64,000 nt of DNA from contig DLGD01000014.1 in NCBI GenBank assembly GCA_002482505.1, forward strand, positions 3,645-67,644, given 5' to 3'. Of the stretch, positions 47,093 through 56,250 are shown in pieces (position 1 is the first letter of the stretch; each line of letters starts with the position of its first letter). The position numbers and the translations under genes are program-made. The notes below the pieces were generated by a model. It saw nothing but the letters and a program-made list of their open reading frames with translations. It was not told the origin of the DNA and ran no database searches. This DNA is from Christensenella sp. UBA7703 (lineage in GTDB: Bacteria > Bacillota > Clostridia > Christensenellales > CAG-138).

Positions 47093-50000
47093 ATGCCGAA
47101 AAAAGTCAGATCACTCGTTTTAGGTTTGTTTCTCGCGCTCGTTGGGGTTATTAGCGCGGCGCTGGTTGTGGGAAAGGCGCACGCGGAAGAGGAAGAAGAA
47201 TGGGAGTGGGGAGACCCGTATCCGCCCGTTTCGGGAATCGGTTGGGATATCTCCGAGGAAGGCGTATTAACCGTGGAGAGTGACGCCGGGTGGCAAGATT
47301 ATCTGGCAAAGGGACCTGGTGAATGGATCTATGAGTATGATTCCATAACGGAACGTGTGCAAAAGTTGGTCATCGGTAAAAATGTGACCATGCTTTCTAT
47401 CTTTGACACCAAGCGGATGAATGAAGCCACGCTCATGGAGACGGATTATATGCTGATCGGTCACGCGGGGCCATATCAAAAAGTAGTAAGCATCGCATTG
47501 CAAAACCCCAAAAGTATGCCTCCCAAAATCGAGGTAGAGGAAGGGAATCCTGTTTTTGTTGTCATTGACGGGCTTTTGATCAACAAGAAAAAGCAATCGG
47601 TCGTTCTATCGGAGATCAATGTCAGCAACGTGGTCATACCCGATGGGATCAAATCGATTGAAGCTTGGGCATTTTATCAGCGGAAGCTCAAATCGGTTAC
47701 GTTTCCGAATACGCTGGAAAGCATCGGCGCGGCGGCATTTAGCCAATGCATCGCACTAACCCGGGTGGTTTTACCGGACTCTGTCGTAAAAGTGGAGGCT
47801 TGTGCGTTCTCCGGGTGTTCCTTGCAAAGTATTACGCTATCCAAAAACTTAAAGACGATAGAAGGATTTGCATTTAGTAGTTGCGAGATACAAGAAGTCA
47901 AGATCCCCGCCGGGGTTTCTTCGGTTGGATTCAAGGCGTTTCAATCGTGCAAGTCGCTCAAGCGTGTACAACTACCGGAGGGGCTCACCAAGATCGACAA
48001 TTATGCATTCGGTGACTGCAGCGTGCTGGAGGAAATCAATCTACCGGATAGTTTGACGTATATCGGGTATCGTGCGTTTGAGGATTGCACCAAATGGCGC
48101 ATCATTCAACTACCGAATACGCTCAACCGAATCGGTGGAGAGGTTTTCTACGGATGCAACCCGATTCTGCTCCAGCTGCCGAATCAGCTCGTAATCGAAA
48201 ACACTCCACCGGAGAAACAAGGCTGGTGTACAACTTTTGAAGAGCCGGAATCAACGCAAACGTTGGGGATCAGCTATGTGGAAACGCTGATCGTTTCCGG
48301 CTCCCGATACAAGTTTGGTGAATATGCGGCAAAGACGGCTGATCAAATCGTTTTTTTGACCAATCCTCCCGCCAACATCCATTCTTTTGTAACGAAGGTG
48401 CATTCCGGAAATGTATCGTTTCTGGATAAGTTTGCTTCAAACTGGGATCAAGTGGACGAGGACGCATGGGGCGATTTAACACTGCAACAAGTGTCACAGA
48501 ATCAGGTTGAAGAGATGATTCGCGCCAGCATCGATCTATCGAAAACGGGCCATGTTCCGCGAGAACCGGCTGAAGAACAAACGAGTGATGAAGAAACGTA
48601 TCAGGTGTTTGAGCATGATGGATGGAGCTATGCGACGAACGGGACGCTAACGTTGCGAAGCAATGAAGGCTGGATCGATGCACTGCAACAGGACGGACTC
48701 GGACACGGAGGCATCCTTGTTATCGGGAAAAAAATAACCGAGTTGCCATTTTATGATTTGACCGAGCCTGTCCCGATTGAAGGATTTCAAAATCCGACAG
48801 ACGTGCAAGATGATGACGAGAGCTTATTTGCAAAGGACAAGTCCATGTCAGGGTATCTTTGGCCATGGAAGATCTACTTAGAGCCGGGAAACACCGCTTT
48901 CATCTATGGCGATGGGATGTTGGTTGATATGCGAACCATGGAAATCGTGATGAGTGATAGCGCTCTGCCGGAGCACGTTGTGATTCCGGAGGGTATTCGT
49001 TCGATTGGAAACGGTGCGTTTATCGGCAGAATCATAAAATCCGTTCAATTGCCTTCCACTCTGGAGAAAGTTGGTGCGGATGCGTTCAGAGATTGCAGCT
49101 ACCTGACAAGCATTGACATTCCAAATTCTGTGACAACCATCGGTAAGCGCGCTTTTTGGGAATGTACATCGCTCAAAACCATTCACTTTCCGAGAGAATT
49201 AAAAGTGATCAAAGAAGGCACATTCCGCGAATGTGGTCTCGTGGATGTTGTGTTGCCGGATGATGTTTGCGAGTTGGGGGAAGAGGCTTTCTTCCGCTGC
49301 GAGGAGCTGCAAAACGTTCGGCTTTCTGCATCGCTCAAAAAGATTGGTCCGGTTGCGTTTTCGGATTGTGGGAAACTGAAACACGTCTGGTTTTCAGATA
49401 AGCTTGAATCGATCGGAGTTGGAGCATTCTCGTGGTGTATTCAGTTGAAAGATGTTGTTTTGCCTGATTCTGTGCATGAAATTGGTGTGCATGCATTTCT
49501 AAATTGTGAGCTTTCACTTTTACGTCTTCCGCCTGCACTGCAGATGTATGACTACGATTGGGATAATCAACAATTTCTCCCAGACGTTGAGCTGGAAAAG
49601 GGCATGACACTAGGGCTTGATTCGGTTGGTGCCGTAATCTTTGCTGGCAGCGATTATGACTTCGGGTACCCCGCAATCACCGACGCGAAGAACGTCTATT
49701 TCCTGAGCACCCCGCCGGAGGAAGTAGGGCAGATACTGGACAAGGATTCCGTGGGAAACATCTATTGCTCGGACGAATTTGAGCATCAGTGGACGCGCTC
49801 CAGCGTCGCAAGCTGGGTGCGGCAAAAGCTCACGATCCTACCCGCCGCAGAAATAAACGCGTTGGTGGAGGAAGCCGTCAACGCCACGCCGGAACCGATT
49901 GTAACCCCGCGCCCAACGCCTACGCCATTGCCGACGGAAACGCCTTGGCCCACGCCGATCATTACGCCGGTTGCGACGCCCAAGGAAGAAGCCCCCGCCG

Positions 50001-50140
50001 AGAACAAGCCAATCGACCCGCTCCTGTTCGTCTTCGCGGGTGTGATTGCGGTTGTGATCGCGGGGATTGTGGTGGTTTCGGCAAAAACAAAAGGATCGGG
50101 GCACAAGCAGCATAGACAAAAAACACGAAAGTTAAGATGA
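47093..50140 (+). CDS. BspA-type LRR surface protein with a duplicated LRR module, Pro/Thr stalk and C-terminal TM anchor
   Basis: ATG at 47093 follows gaggtg. Signal peptide MPKKVRSLVLGLFLALVGVISAALVVGKAHA. It has two copies of the module seen in the upstream gene (GW..s..G.Lt..S..GW...L then the LRR block). The last ~150 aa are nearly identical to the upstream gene. Confidence 0.85.
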   Translation: MPKKVRSLVLGLFLALVGVISAALVVGKAHAEEEEEWEWGDPYPPVSGIGWDISEEGVLTVESDAGWQDYLAKGPGEWIYEYDSITERVQKLVIGKNVTMLSIFDTKRMNEATLMETDYMLIGHAGPYQKVVSIALQNPKSMPPKIEVEEGNPVFVVIDGLLINKKKQSVVLSEINVSNVVIPDGIKSIEAWAFYQRKLKSVTFPNTLESIGAAAFSQCIALTRVVLPDSVVKVEACAFSGCSLQSITLSKNLKTIEGFAFSSCEIQEVKIPAGVSSVGFKAFQSCKSLKRVQLPEGLTKIDNYAFGDCSVLEEINLPDSLTYIGYRAFEDCTKWRIIQLPNTLNRIGGEVFYGCNPILLQLPNQLVIENTPPEKQGWCTTFEEPESTQTLGISYVETLIVSGSRYKFGEYAAKTADQIVFLTNPPANIHSFVTKVHSGNVSFLDKFASNWDQVDEDAWGDLTLQQVSQNQVEEMIRASIDLSKTGHVPREPAEEQTSDEETYQVFEHDGWSYATNGTLTLRSNEGWIDALQQDGLGHGGILVIGKKITELPFYDLTEPVPIEGFQNPTDVQDDDESLFAKDKSMSGYLWPWKIYLEPGNTAFIYGDGMLVDMRTMEIVMSDSALPEHVVIPEGIRSIGNGAFIGRIIKSVQLPSTLEKVGADAFRDCSYLTSIDIPNSVTTIGKRAFWECTSLKTIHFPRELKVIKEGTFRECGLVDVVLPDDVCELGEEAFFRCEELQNVRLSASLKKIGPVAFSDCGKLKHVWFSDKLESIGVGAFSWCIQLKDVVLPDSVHEIGVHAFLNCELSLLRLPPALQMYDYDWDNQQFLPDVELEKGMTLGLDSVGAVIFAGSDYDFGYPAITDAKNVYFLSTPPEEVGQILDKDSVGNIYCSDEFEHQWTRSSVASWVRQKLTILPAAEINALVEEAVNATPEPIVTPRPTPTPLPTETPWPTPIITPVATPKEEAPAENKPIDPLLFVFAGVIAVVIAGIVVVSAKTKGSGHKQHRQKTRKLR
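49634..50079 (+). repeat. 446-bp direct repeat copy 2 (3' module of the second LRR gene)
   Basis: Same alignment as copy 1. Similarity begins abruptly at gtaatctttgctggcagcgattatgac and ends at attgtggtggtttc. Confidence 0.85.
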
Positions 50141-50299
50141 AAAATCAAAATCAATAAATTCTGTTGTCTTTTTCATGAAGCAGGAATATTCTTGTTTTGA
50201 ACGAATGAATCATACGATAGGCCGCCGCTGTGATTACATCCATTTTCGCAACGGCGGCTTTGTATAAAATCAAGTAATCGAAATTAGATCGGTTGGGGG

Positions 50300-51199
50300 A
50301 TGACACAGATGGCTTACGCAATCGAAACCAAGAAACTTACAAAGTACTACGGCAAGGCGCGGGGAATTGTGGATGTTGACCTCGCGGTGGAGGAAGGCGA
50401 AATCTTCGGCTTCATCGGCCCAAACGGCGCGGGAAAGTCTACTACCATCCGCACGTTGCTGGGGTTGATCAAAAAAACGGGTGGATCGGCCACGATCTTC
50501 GGCATGGACTGCGAAAAAGAGAAGGTGAAAATTCTCTCGGAGGTCGGCTATCTACCCGGCGAAGTGTTTTATTATGACAACATGCGCGCAATCGACCTGC
50601 TGCGCTATTCCGCGAGCTTTTACAAGAAGGATTGCACCAAGCGAATTGCGGAACTCGCCGACGCGCTCTCGCTCGACCTCAACAAGAAGATTGAGGATAT
50701 GAGCCTCGGCAACAAGAAAAAAGTCGGAATTGTGCAGGGGCTTTTGCATGCGCCGCGGCTGATTATCCTTGACGAACCAACCAGCGGGCTCGATCCGCTC
50801 ATGCAGCGGACGTTTTTCGACCTCATTCAGCGCGAAAACGAGCGGGGAGCAACGGTGCTCTTTTCCTCGCACATACTCGGCGAAGTGCAGCGCATTTGTG
50901 ACCGCGTGGCGATCATCAAAGAAGGGCGGATTGTCGACCTGCGCAGTATCGACGATTTGCGCAAGAATTCTTATAAGAAAGTAAGCTTCACAGCGGAGCA
51001 ACCCGTTGCGGATTTTTCGCTTGCAGGTGCGGCGCAGATTGCGCAGGAGGGCACGGCTACGAGTTTTCTTTATAGTGGAGAAATCAACGCGCTGCTGAAG
51101 AAGCTTGCCGATTTGCCGCTCGTCAACGCGGACATCAGCGAGCCGGAACTGGAGGAAATCTTCCTGCACTACTATGAGGACGGGGAGGCGGCAAAATGA
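50300..51199 (+). CDS. ABC transporter ATP-binding protein (ABC-2/DrrA-like exporter subunit)
   Basis: Walker A GPNGAGKST, signature-like LSLGNKKKV, Walker B LIILDEPTSGLD. Confidence 0.9.
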   Translation: MTQMAYAIETKKLTKYYGKARGIVDVDLAVEEGEIFGFIGPNGAGKSTTIRTLLGLIKKTGGSATIFGMDCEKEKVKILSEVGYLPGEVFYYDNMRAIDLLRYSASFYKKDCTKRIAELADALSLDLNKKIEDMSLGNKKKVGIVQGLLHAPRLIILDEPTSGLDPLMQRTFFDLIQRENERGATVLFSSHILGEVQRICDRVAIIKEGRIVDLRSIDDLRKNSYKKVSFTAEQPVADFSLAGAAQIAQEGTATSFLYSGEINALLKKLADLPLVNADISEPELEEIFLHYYEDGEAAK

Positions 51200-51245
51200 A
51201 CGCCCTTACCCATGGACCGAATTGTAGTGTGTATTGGAGGAAGCG

Positions 51246-52046
51246 ATGAACGTTTATCGTTTTGAATTACGCCGCGCCTGGGTCGGGGTCGCGGTTTGGA
51301 CGCTGGTGATCACGGGGCTGCTCGTTGGGCTAATCGCGGGGGCGCTGCCCGCATTCCTGGAGAGCCGTACTGCGGTTGAACACATGCTGGAGCAATTCCC
51401 GCCTGCATTTGCCGCGATGTTTGGGATGCAGATGGACAATCTCTTCAGCTTTGGCGGGTTTTATGCGTTTGGGTTTCTTTACTATGCGCTCTTTGGCGCG
51501 ATCATGGCCTCCGGCATCGGGCTTGATCTCTTTTCGCGGGAAAAACGCGAGAAGTGCATGGACTTTTTACTCACGAAACCGCGCGCAAGGAGCAGACTCT
51601 TTTTAGAAAAGCTGCTTGCGGCGCTGACGATGCTCCTTGGTTCCAACGTGATCTTCATTCTGGCTTCGCTTGCGCTCTATCGTGCCTATGCGCCCGCACC
51701 GCTGCTGACGGAGCGCGCACTGCTTGCGGCAAGCTCCCTGCTCTGGATTGAACTGCTGTTTCTTGCGATCGGCGCCTGTTCCGCCGTGTTCGCGCGGAAG
51801 GTGCGCTCCGTCTCCGGCATGGCAACCGCAATCGGCTTTGCGGGCTTTTTGCTCAGCGCGCTGCATAGCCTCCTTGAGGAGGAGAAGCTTCGCTATATCA
51901 CACCGTTTAAATATTACGACGCAGCCAAGGCGTTTTTTGATGGTGGGTTCGAGGTTCGTTATGCGCTCACAGGGGCAGCCGTCACGCTCCTATTGATGAC
52001 TGCCGCCTATCTGCGCTATATCCGCGCGGATATCCCGGCGCTGTAA
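51246..52046 (+). CDS. ABC-2 type transporter permease
   Basis: ATG at 51246 follows ggaggaagcg. About 6 TM segments. It follows the ATPase. Confidence 0.7.
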   Translation: MNVYRFELRRAWVGVAVWTLVITGLLVGLIAGALPAFLESRTAVEHMLEQFPPAFAAMFGMQMDNLFSFGGFYAFGFLYYALFGAIMASGIGLDLFSREKREKCMDFLLTKPRARSRLFLEKLLAALTMLLGSNVIFILASLALYRAYAPAPLLTERALLAASSLLWIELLFLAIGACSAVFARKVRSVSGMATAIGFAGFLLSALHSLLEEEKLRYITPFKYYDAAKAFFDGGFEVRYALTGAAVTLLLMTAAYLRYIRADIPAL

Positions 52047-52058
52047 GGAGGAAAACGT

Positions 52059-52856
52059 ATGAATCTGTTTCGAAAAGAACTCAAATCGGGTTTCAAACCG
52101 TTCCTCTTTTGGTCGCTGGGGCTGTTCGTGTTCGTCTTTGCGGGCATTGTGAAGTCCAGCGCGGCCATGTCGGACGGAAAGTTTATGACCGAATTGATCA
52201 GCAAGTTCCCGCGGATCGTCGTTGCCGCGATGGGCATGGCAAACGTGAATATTGCGCAGTTCAGCGGCTTTTATGCGGTGCTGATGCTGTACATCTTCGT
52301 GCTCACTGCGGTCTATGCCGCGCATCTTGGCAGCGGTGCGGTCTCCCGCGAGAGCGTGGATAAAACCTATGAGTTTCTCTTTACCAAGCCGAGAACGCGC
52401 GCGTTTATCCTCTCGCGCAAACTGCTTGCCGGGTTGGTGTTTCTCGCGGCTTATGCCTGCCTGAATCTCGTCTTCTCGCTGCTTGCGGTGCGCCAGCTTG
52501 GGCTGCCTGACGATTACTCCGGCCTGTTCGCGCGTTTTTCACTCGCGCTGTGGCTTATTGGATTGGTATTCTTCTCGCTTGCCGCACTGTTTGCCGCGGG
52601 CTTTCGCGCGGCGGAACACGGCGCGCGGGCGGGCAACCTTGCCGTGCTTGGCGCCTATGTGCTTGCCGTCGCTTATGACATGATCGATCAGCCGGGGATA
52701 CTGCGGTTTTTCACGCCGTTTCGCTATTTTTTAAACGCGGAGGTGATAACGGGCAACGTTTCTTTGCTCTTTACGCTGCTGTGCCTTGCGCTGTCCACTG
52801 TGTTTCTTCTTGTCACATTCCGGCGCTTTGAAGCGCGCGATCTGGGTGCGCTCTAG
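52059..52856 (+). CDS. ABC-2 type transporter permease (second, paralogous subunit)
   Basis: SD aaggagg. The topology is similar to the preceding permease (..LFTKPR.RA...S.KLLA.. is shared). Confidence 0.7.
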   Translation: MNLFRKELKSGFKPFLFWSLGLFVFVFAGIVKSSAAMSDGKFMTELISKFPRIVVAAMGMANVNIAQFSGFYAVLMLYIFVLTAVYAAHLGSGAVSRESVDKTYEFLFTKPRTRAFILSRKLLAGLVFLAAYACLNLVFSLLAVRQLGLPDDYSGLFARFSLALWLIGLVFFSLAALFAAGFRAAEHGARAGNLAVLGAYVLAVAYDMIDQPGILRFFTPFRYFLNAEVITGNVSLLFTLLCLALSTVFLLVTFRRFEARDLGAL

Positions 52857-52905
52857 ACCCGCAACTGCGTGACAAAACGGAAAACTCTTTTCAAACCTTC
52901 CGTAA

Positions 52906-52950
52906 AACCGCCCGAAATGCGTCTTTTTCGCTTTTCGGACGGTTTTTTTT
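52906..52950 (+). terminator. intrinsic terminator
   Basis: aaccgcccgaaa ... ttttcggacggtt stem (one mismatch) followed by tttttttt. Confidence 0.7.
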
Positions 52951-53011
52951 GTGATAACATCATGCAGACTCATTAAAAAACAGGATTTGATGGAGACAAA
53001 CAACACACACG

Positions 53012-54061
53012 ATGGATTTTCTCAATCTTGTCTTCTGGAACAACACGGTTCTGGATTATATCGTTTTCCTTGGCGCTTTGGTGCTTGGCGCAGCGCTGAT
53101 TTTCGCGCTTGGGCGGATCGCGCTTAGGCGATTGGCGGCCTATTATGATAAGACACAGTCGTCCTATACGCAACTGACGCTGTCCGGCATCAAGCAATAT
53201 CTTCTGCCGACGGCGTATTTCACGTTGTTTTATACCTGCACGCGGATGCTGGTGCTCAACGAAAAGCTTGCGAAGATTGTCCGCGGTGTTTCTGTGCTGT
53301 TTGCAATCGTGATGGGGGCTATCTTCCTTGCGTCGCTTGCCTCGCTGTTTTTCACAAAGCTCGGTAAGGGCAAGGGAGACAGCGCTTCGCTCGCCATCAA
53401 ATGGCTCATCCGGCTCAGCAAGGGTGTCATCTGGGGTATCGCGCTGATTCTGTTCCTCGATAACATTGGGGTCAAAATCACGTCGCTCGTCACCGGCCTT
53501 GGCATCGGCGGGGTGGCGATTGCGTTTGCGGCGCAGAGCGCGCTGAGCGACATCTTCTGCTTCTTCACGATCTTCTTCGACAAACCCTTCGAAATCGGAG
53601 ATTTCATTATCGCGGGCGATCATATGGGCACCGTGGAGCACATCGGCGTGAAAACCACGCGCCTGCGCGCCATCGGCGGCGAACAACTGATCGTCTCCAA
53701 TGCGGATCTCACTGGCTCGCGCATTCGCAACTACAAGACCATGCAGCAGCGCCGCGTGAGCTTCACGCTGGGGGTTACGTATGATACGCCGACGGAGAAG
53801 CTTAAGGCGATTCCGCAGATGATCCAGACGATTGTGGAGGGCACGGAGGACGCAACGTTTGCGCGCGCGCACTTCGCGTCGTTTGGCGCATACAGCCTGA
53901 GTTTTGAGGTGGTCTACTTCGTGCAGAGCGGGGACTATGACCGTTATATGGACATCAACCAGCGTATCAATCTTGGCATCAAGGATGGCCTCGAGAAGCT
54001 CGGCGTGTCGTTTGCCTTCCCGACATCGATTGTGCAGATGCGGCCGAAGCAGAGCAGGTAA
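53012..54061 (+). CDS. mechanosensitive ion channel family protein (MscS-like)
   Basis: N-terminal TM segments are followed by the conserved ...PFEIGDFI..G...GTVE.IG...T.LR...G....VSN... beta-domain. Confidence 0.88.
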   Translation: MDFLNLVFWNNTVLDYIVFLGALVLGAALIFALGRIALRRLAAYYDKTQSSYTQLTLSGIKQYLLPTAYFTLFYTCTRMLVLNEKLAKIVRGVSVLFAIVMGAIFLASLASLFFTKLGKGKGDSASLAIKWLIRLSKGVIWGIALILFLDNIGVKITSLVTGLGIGGVAIAFAAQSALSDIFCFFTIFFDKPFEIGDFIIAGDHMGTVEHIGVKTTRLRAIGGEQLIVSNADLTGSRIRNYKTMQQRRVSFTLGVTYDTPTEKLKAIPQMIQTIVEGTEDATFARAHFASFGAYSLSFEVVYFVQSGDYDRYMDINQRINLGIKDGLEKLGVSFAFPTSIVQMRPKQSR

Positions 54062-54091
54062 AGCGAGCTCACGACAACCAGGCGCAAAAAC

Positions 54092-54126
54092 AAGACGGAT
54101 GAGAGAAATGTCTCCCGTCTTTTTTC
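54092..54126. terminator. bidirectional intrinsic terminator between mscS-like and rsgA
   Basis: aagacgg..gaga gaaatg tctc ccgtctt followed by tttt, with an A-run upstream. Confidence 0.7.
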
Positions 54127-55216
54127 ATTCGTTGTGATAATCTCCGCGCTTGCCGCCGGATTTTTGCAGCGCTTTGCTGAATTTTGCGATCTCGGTCGTG
54201 CGCTGCTGCTTGAGCTTGAGATAATCCGCCTGACTTGCGGCATATTGGGATTCCCGCTGAAGTTTTTTGTAGCTCTCAAAGCGCGTAAGCGGCAGCTCGC
54301 CTGCGGCAATTGCCGCCTGCACCGCGCAGCCCGGCTCGCGCTCGTGGCTGCAATCGGAGAAGCGGCAGAGCGGGAAATACTGTTCCACGTCCGCAAAGGA
54401 TTCGCTCAAGCCTGCGGAAGCATCCAGCATGCCGAGCTCTCGCATGCCCGGGGTGTCGATGATCAATACACCGTTGTTCATCCGGATGAGCTGACGGTGC
54501 GTGGTGGTATGCCTGCCCTTGCTGTCGTCCTCGCGAATCTCACTGACCGCCATGACGGTTTCGCCTGCAAGCGCGTTGACAAAGCTGGATTTTCCAACGC
54601 CGGAGCTGCCGAGCAGCACGATGGTCTTGCCGGGCTTGAGATAACCCGCGAGCGCGGCGAATCCGTCGCCTGTCTTCGCGCTGACGGCGAACACATCGAC
54701 CCCCGCCGCGACGCGGAGAATTTCGTTCATCTGCTCTTGATAGGATTCCACGAGGTCGGCCTTTGTGAGTACAACAACAGGCATCGCGCCGGATTGCCAC
54801 GCGAGAGTGAGATAGCGTTCCAACCGCTTAGGATTGAGGTCGTGGTTGAGCGACTGCATGATAAACACGCTGTCAAAGTTTGCCGCGACGACCTGATCCG
54901 CTTCGCCCAGCGTTGGATTTTTGCGGGCAAAGAGGGAGCGGCGGGGCAGGGTTTCGGTGATTGTGCTATCGCCCAGTTCGTTGTAGGCGATCAGCACAAA
55001 ATCGCCTGTTGTGGGGAATTCCTGCGTACCGCCGTTGAAGTACACGGCGGATTTCAACCGCCCGAAGCACTCGCCCTGTTCGCAAACGAGAGCATAGCGC
55101 TCCTTATGCACCGCGGTGACGCGCGCGGGGATTTCAACAATCGACCCGCGCGCTTCCAGCGCCGCGCGCATGGCGGGCAAAAAACCATAGGTTTCCAACT
55201 CCGCCGGATTACTCAT
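54125..55216 (-). CDS. rsgA: ribosome small subunit-dependent GTPase A
   Basis: An OB-fold N-terminus, then a circularly permuted GTPase (NFDSVFIM, VLTKADL, LLGSSGVGKSSFVNAL), then the C-terminal zinc motif CRFSDCSHEREPGC. Confidence 0.92.
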   Translation of the reverse strand: MSNPAELETYGFLPAMRAALEARGSIVEIPARVTAVHKERYALVCEQGECFGRLKSAVYFNGGTQEFPTTGDFVLIAYNELGDSTITETLPRRSLFARKNPTLGEADQVVAANFDSVFIMQSLNHDLNPKRLERYLTLAWQSGAMPVVVLTKADLVESYQEQMNEILRVAAGVDVFAVSAKTGDGFAALAGYLKPGKTIVLLGSSGVGKSSFVNALAGETVMAVSEIREDDSKGRHTTTHRQLIRMNNGVLIIDTPGMRELGMLDASAGLSESFADVEQYFPLCRFSDCSHEREPGCAVQAAIAAGELPLTRFESYKKLQRESQYAASQADYLKLKQQRTTEIAKFSKALQKSGGKRGDYHNE

Positions 55217-55416
55217 CGCCCTGCCCTCACGAGAAGCGCGGCAAACAGGTGCTTAAGGGACTTCTGCGGCCTTGCGGGCGTTTGCGCGTCATAGGCCTGC
55301 AGCTTCGGTGCGCAACCCCTACAGGGGTGCTGCGCAAATGTGCTGCCGAATTGTCCGGCGTTGAGCGTCGACCCCTGCGCGGGGGACGCGAAATAGTTAT
55401 GCGGATCGGGGTTCAT
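55213..55416 (-). CDS. hypothetical small protein C' (67 aa), stop overlaps the rsgA start (ATGA)
   Basis: The ATG at 55416 is preceded by tttggagggaagt. Hand-counted GC3 is about 73%. No family recognised. An alternative upstream ATG at 55572 would give 119 aa. Confidence 0.45.
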   Translation of the reverse strand: MNPDPHNYFASPAQGSTLNAGQFGSTFAQHPCRGCAPKLQAYDAQTPARPQKSLKHLFAALLVRAGR

Positions 55417-55568
55417 ACTTCCCTCCAAATTTTTGGTTCGTCGTTTTCGGTGCGGCTCCATCAGCCGGAGACGGAGAACCGCCCGGCTGAGAGCCCGCTC
55501 CAGATTGAATTCCGGCTGTTGCCGGAGTGTTAGCGCGCCCGACGGCGCAAGATTGAGGCTAAGTGCAC

Positions 55569-55775
55569 TCATACGTGGAGAACCCCCTCGATCATGGTCA
55601 GGAACAGGCCTTTTGTGCGGATGGCTGCTGCTTTTTGTGCACGCTGCGCGGGTTTGCCGCGGCGCTTGCCAGAGGCAGCCATCTCCGCAAAAGTTAGGGC
55701 GCGATGTTGAAAATGATGTTTTGCTGCCGCCTCCAACCAGGGAGTGGCAGACATCAGGTAAAGATCGTGAATCAT
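55569..55775 (-). CDS. hypothetical small protein B' (68 aa)
   Basis: The ATG at 55775 is preceded by tttggaggaaacc. Hand-counted GC3 is about 57%. No family recognised. An alternative upstream ATG at 55922 would give 117 aa. Confidence 0.4.
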   Translation of the reverse strand: MIHDLYLMSATPWLEAAAKHHFQHRALTFAEMAASGKRRGKPAQRAQKAAAIRTKGLFLTMIEGVLHV

Positions 55776-55918
55776 GGTTTCCTCCAAATAATTCTCAGTT
55801 CGTCGTGTGTCTGGCTGGTTTGCCGGACGGTACGCCGTCCGCGCAGAATAGCGCGAGACAGTTTTCATGGCATCGGCGCTCATCGAGCGCGCGGCGGGAA
55901 GAAGAGCGAGAACGCTGT

Positions 55919-56125
55919 TCATAAACTTGCCGCCTTTCCATGTGCGAGTGCGATGGGATGCGCGCCGCTGCGGCGGGCACGGTTGCTTGCCTCGCTGTTG
56001 CGGGTGTTCCGCTCCCGGTTGTGAGCGCGGTTACTGTCTGCGGTAATGGCGCAGTCAAGCTGAGATAGCCTTTGAACAGTTTCCGCCAAAAGCAAGTTCG
56101 ACGGTAAATCGTTTGTGTAAGTCAT
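55919..56125 (-). CDS. hypothetical small protein A' (68 aa)
   Basis: The ATG at 56125 is preceded by gcaaggagagaaaaac. Hand-counted GC3 is about 62%. No family recognised. The listed 56269 start lacks an SD. Confidence 0.4.
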   Translation of the reverse strand: MTYTNDLPSNLLLAETVQRLSQLDCAITADSNRAHNRERNTRNSEASNRARRSGAHPIALAHGKAASL

Positions 56126-56250
56126 GTTTTTCTCTCCTTGCGCAAATTCTGCGCGGTCGTTTGTGTAAAAAGGCATAAAAATAGCCATGACGGGCAGCCC
56201 ACTCGGGACTGCTCTCACGGCTGATTCGGTATTGTGTTCGTTCCTGACTG

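Noticed and set aside
46579-50079. Diversity-generating retroelement (template/variable repeat pair) as an explanation for the 446-bp repeats.
   Set aside because: The mismatches between the copies are not adenine-specific (t>c, g>c, c>a and a>g all occur). No reverse transcriptase or accessory gene is present anywhere in the window.
43540-50300. Integrated mobile element or prophage remnant as the nature of the AT-rich island.
   Set aside because: There is no integrase, recombinase, transposase or phage structural gene, no tRNA target and no flanking direct or inverted repeats that I could see. Only the compositional shift and the LexA box hint at foreign origin.
55249-56024. Plus-strand ORFs (55249..55533, 55433..55924, 55704..56024) as alternatives to the minus-strand small ORFs.
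   Set aside because: They have extremely Arg/Ser/Cys-rich translations and no SD sequences. They would converge head-on with rsgA transcription. The minus-strand frames carry three canonical SD-ATG starts.
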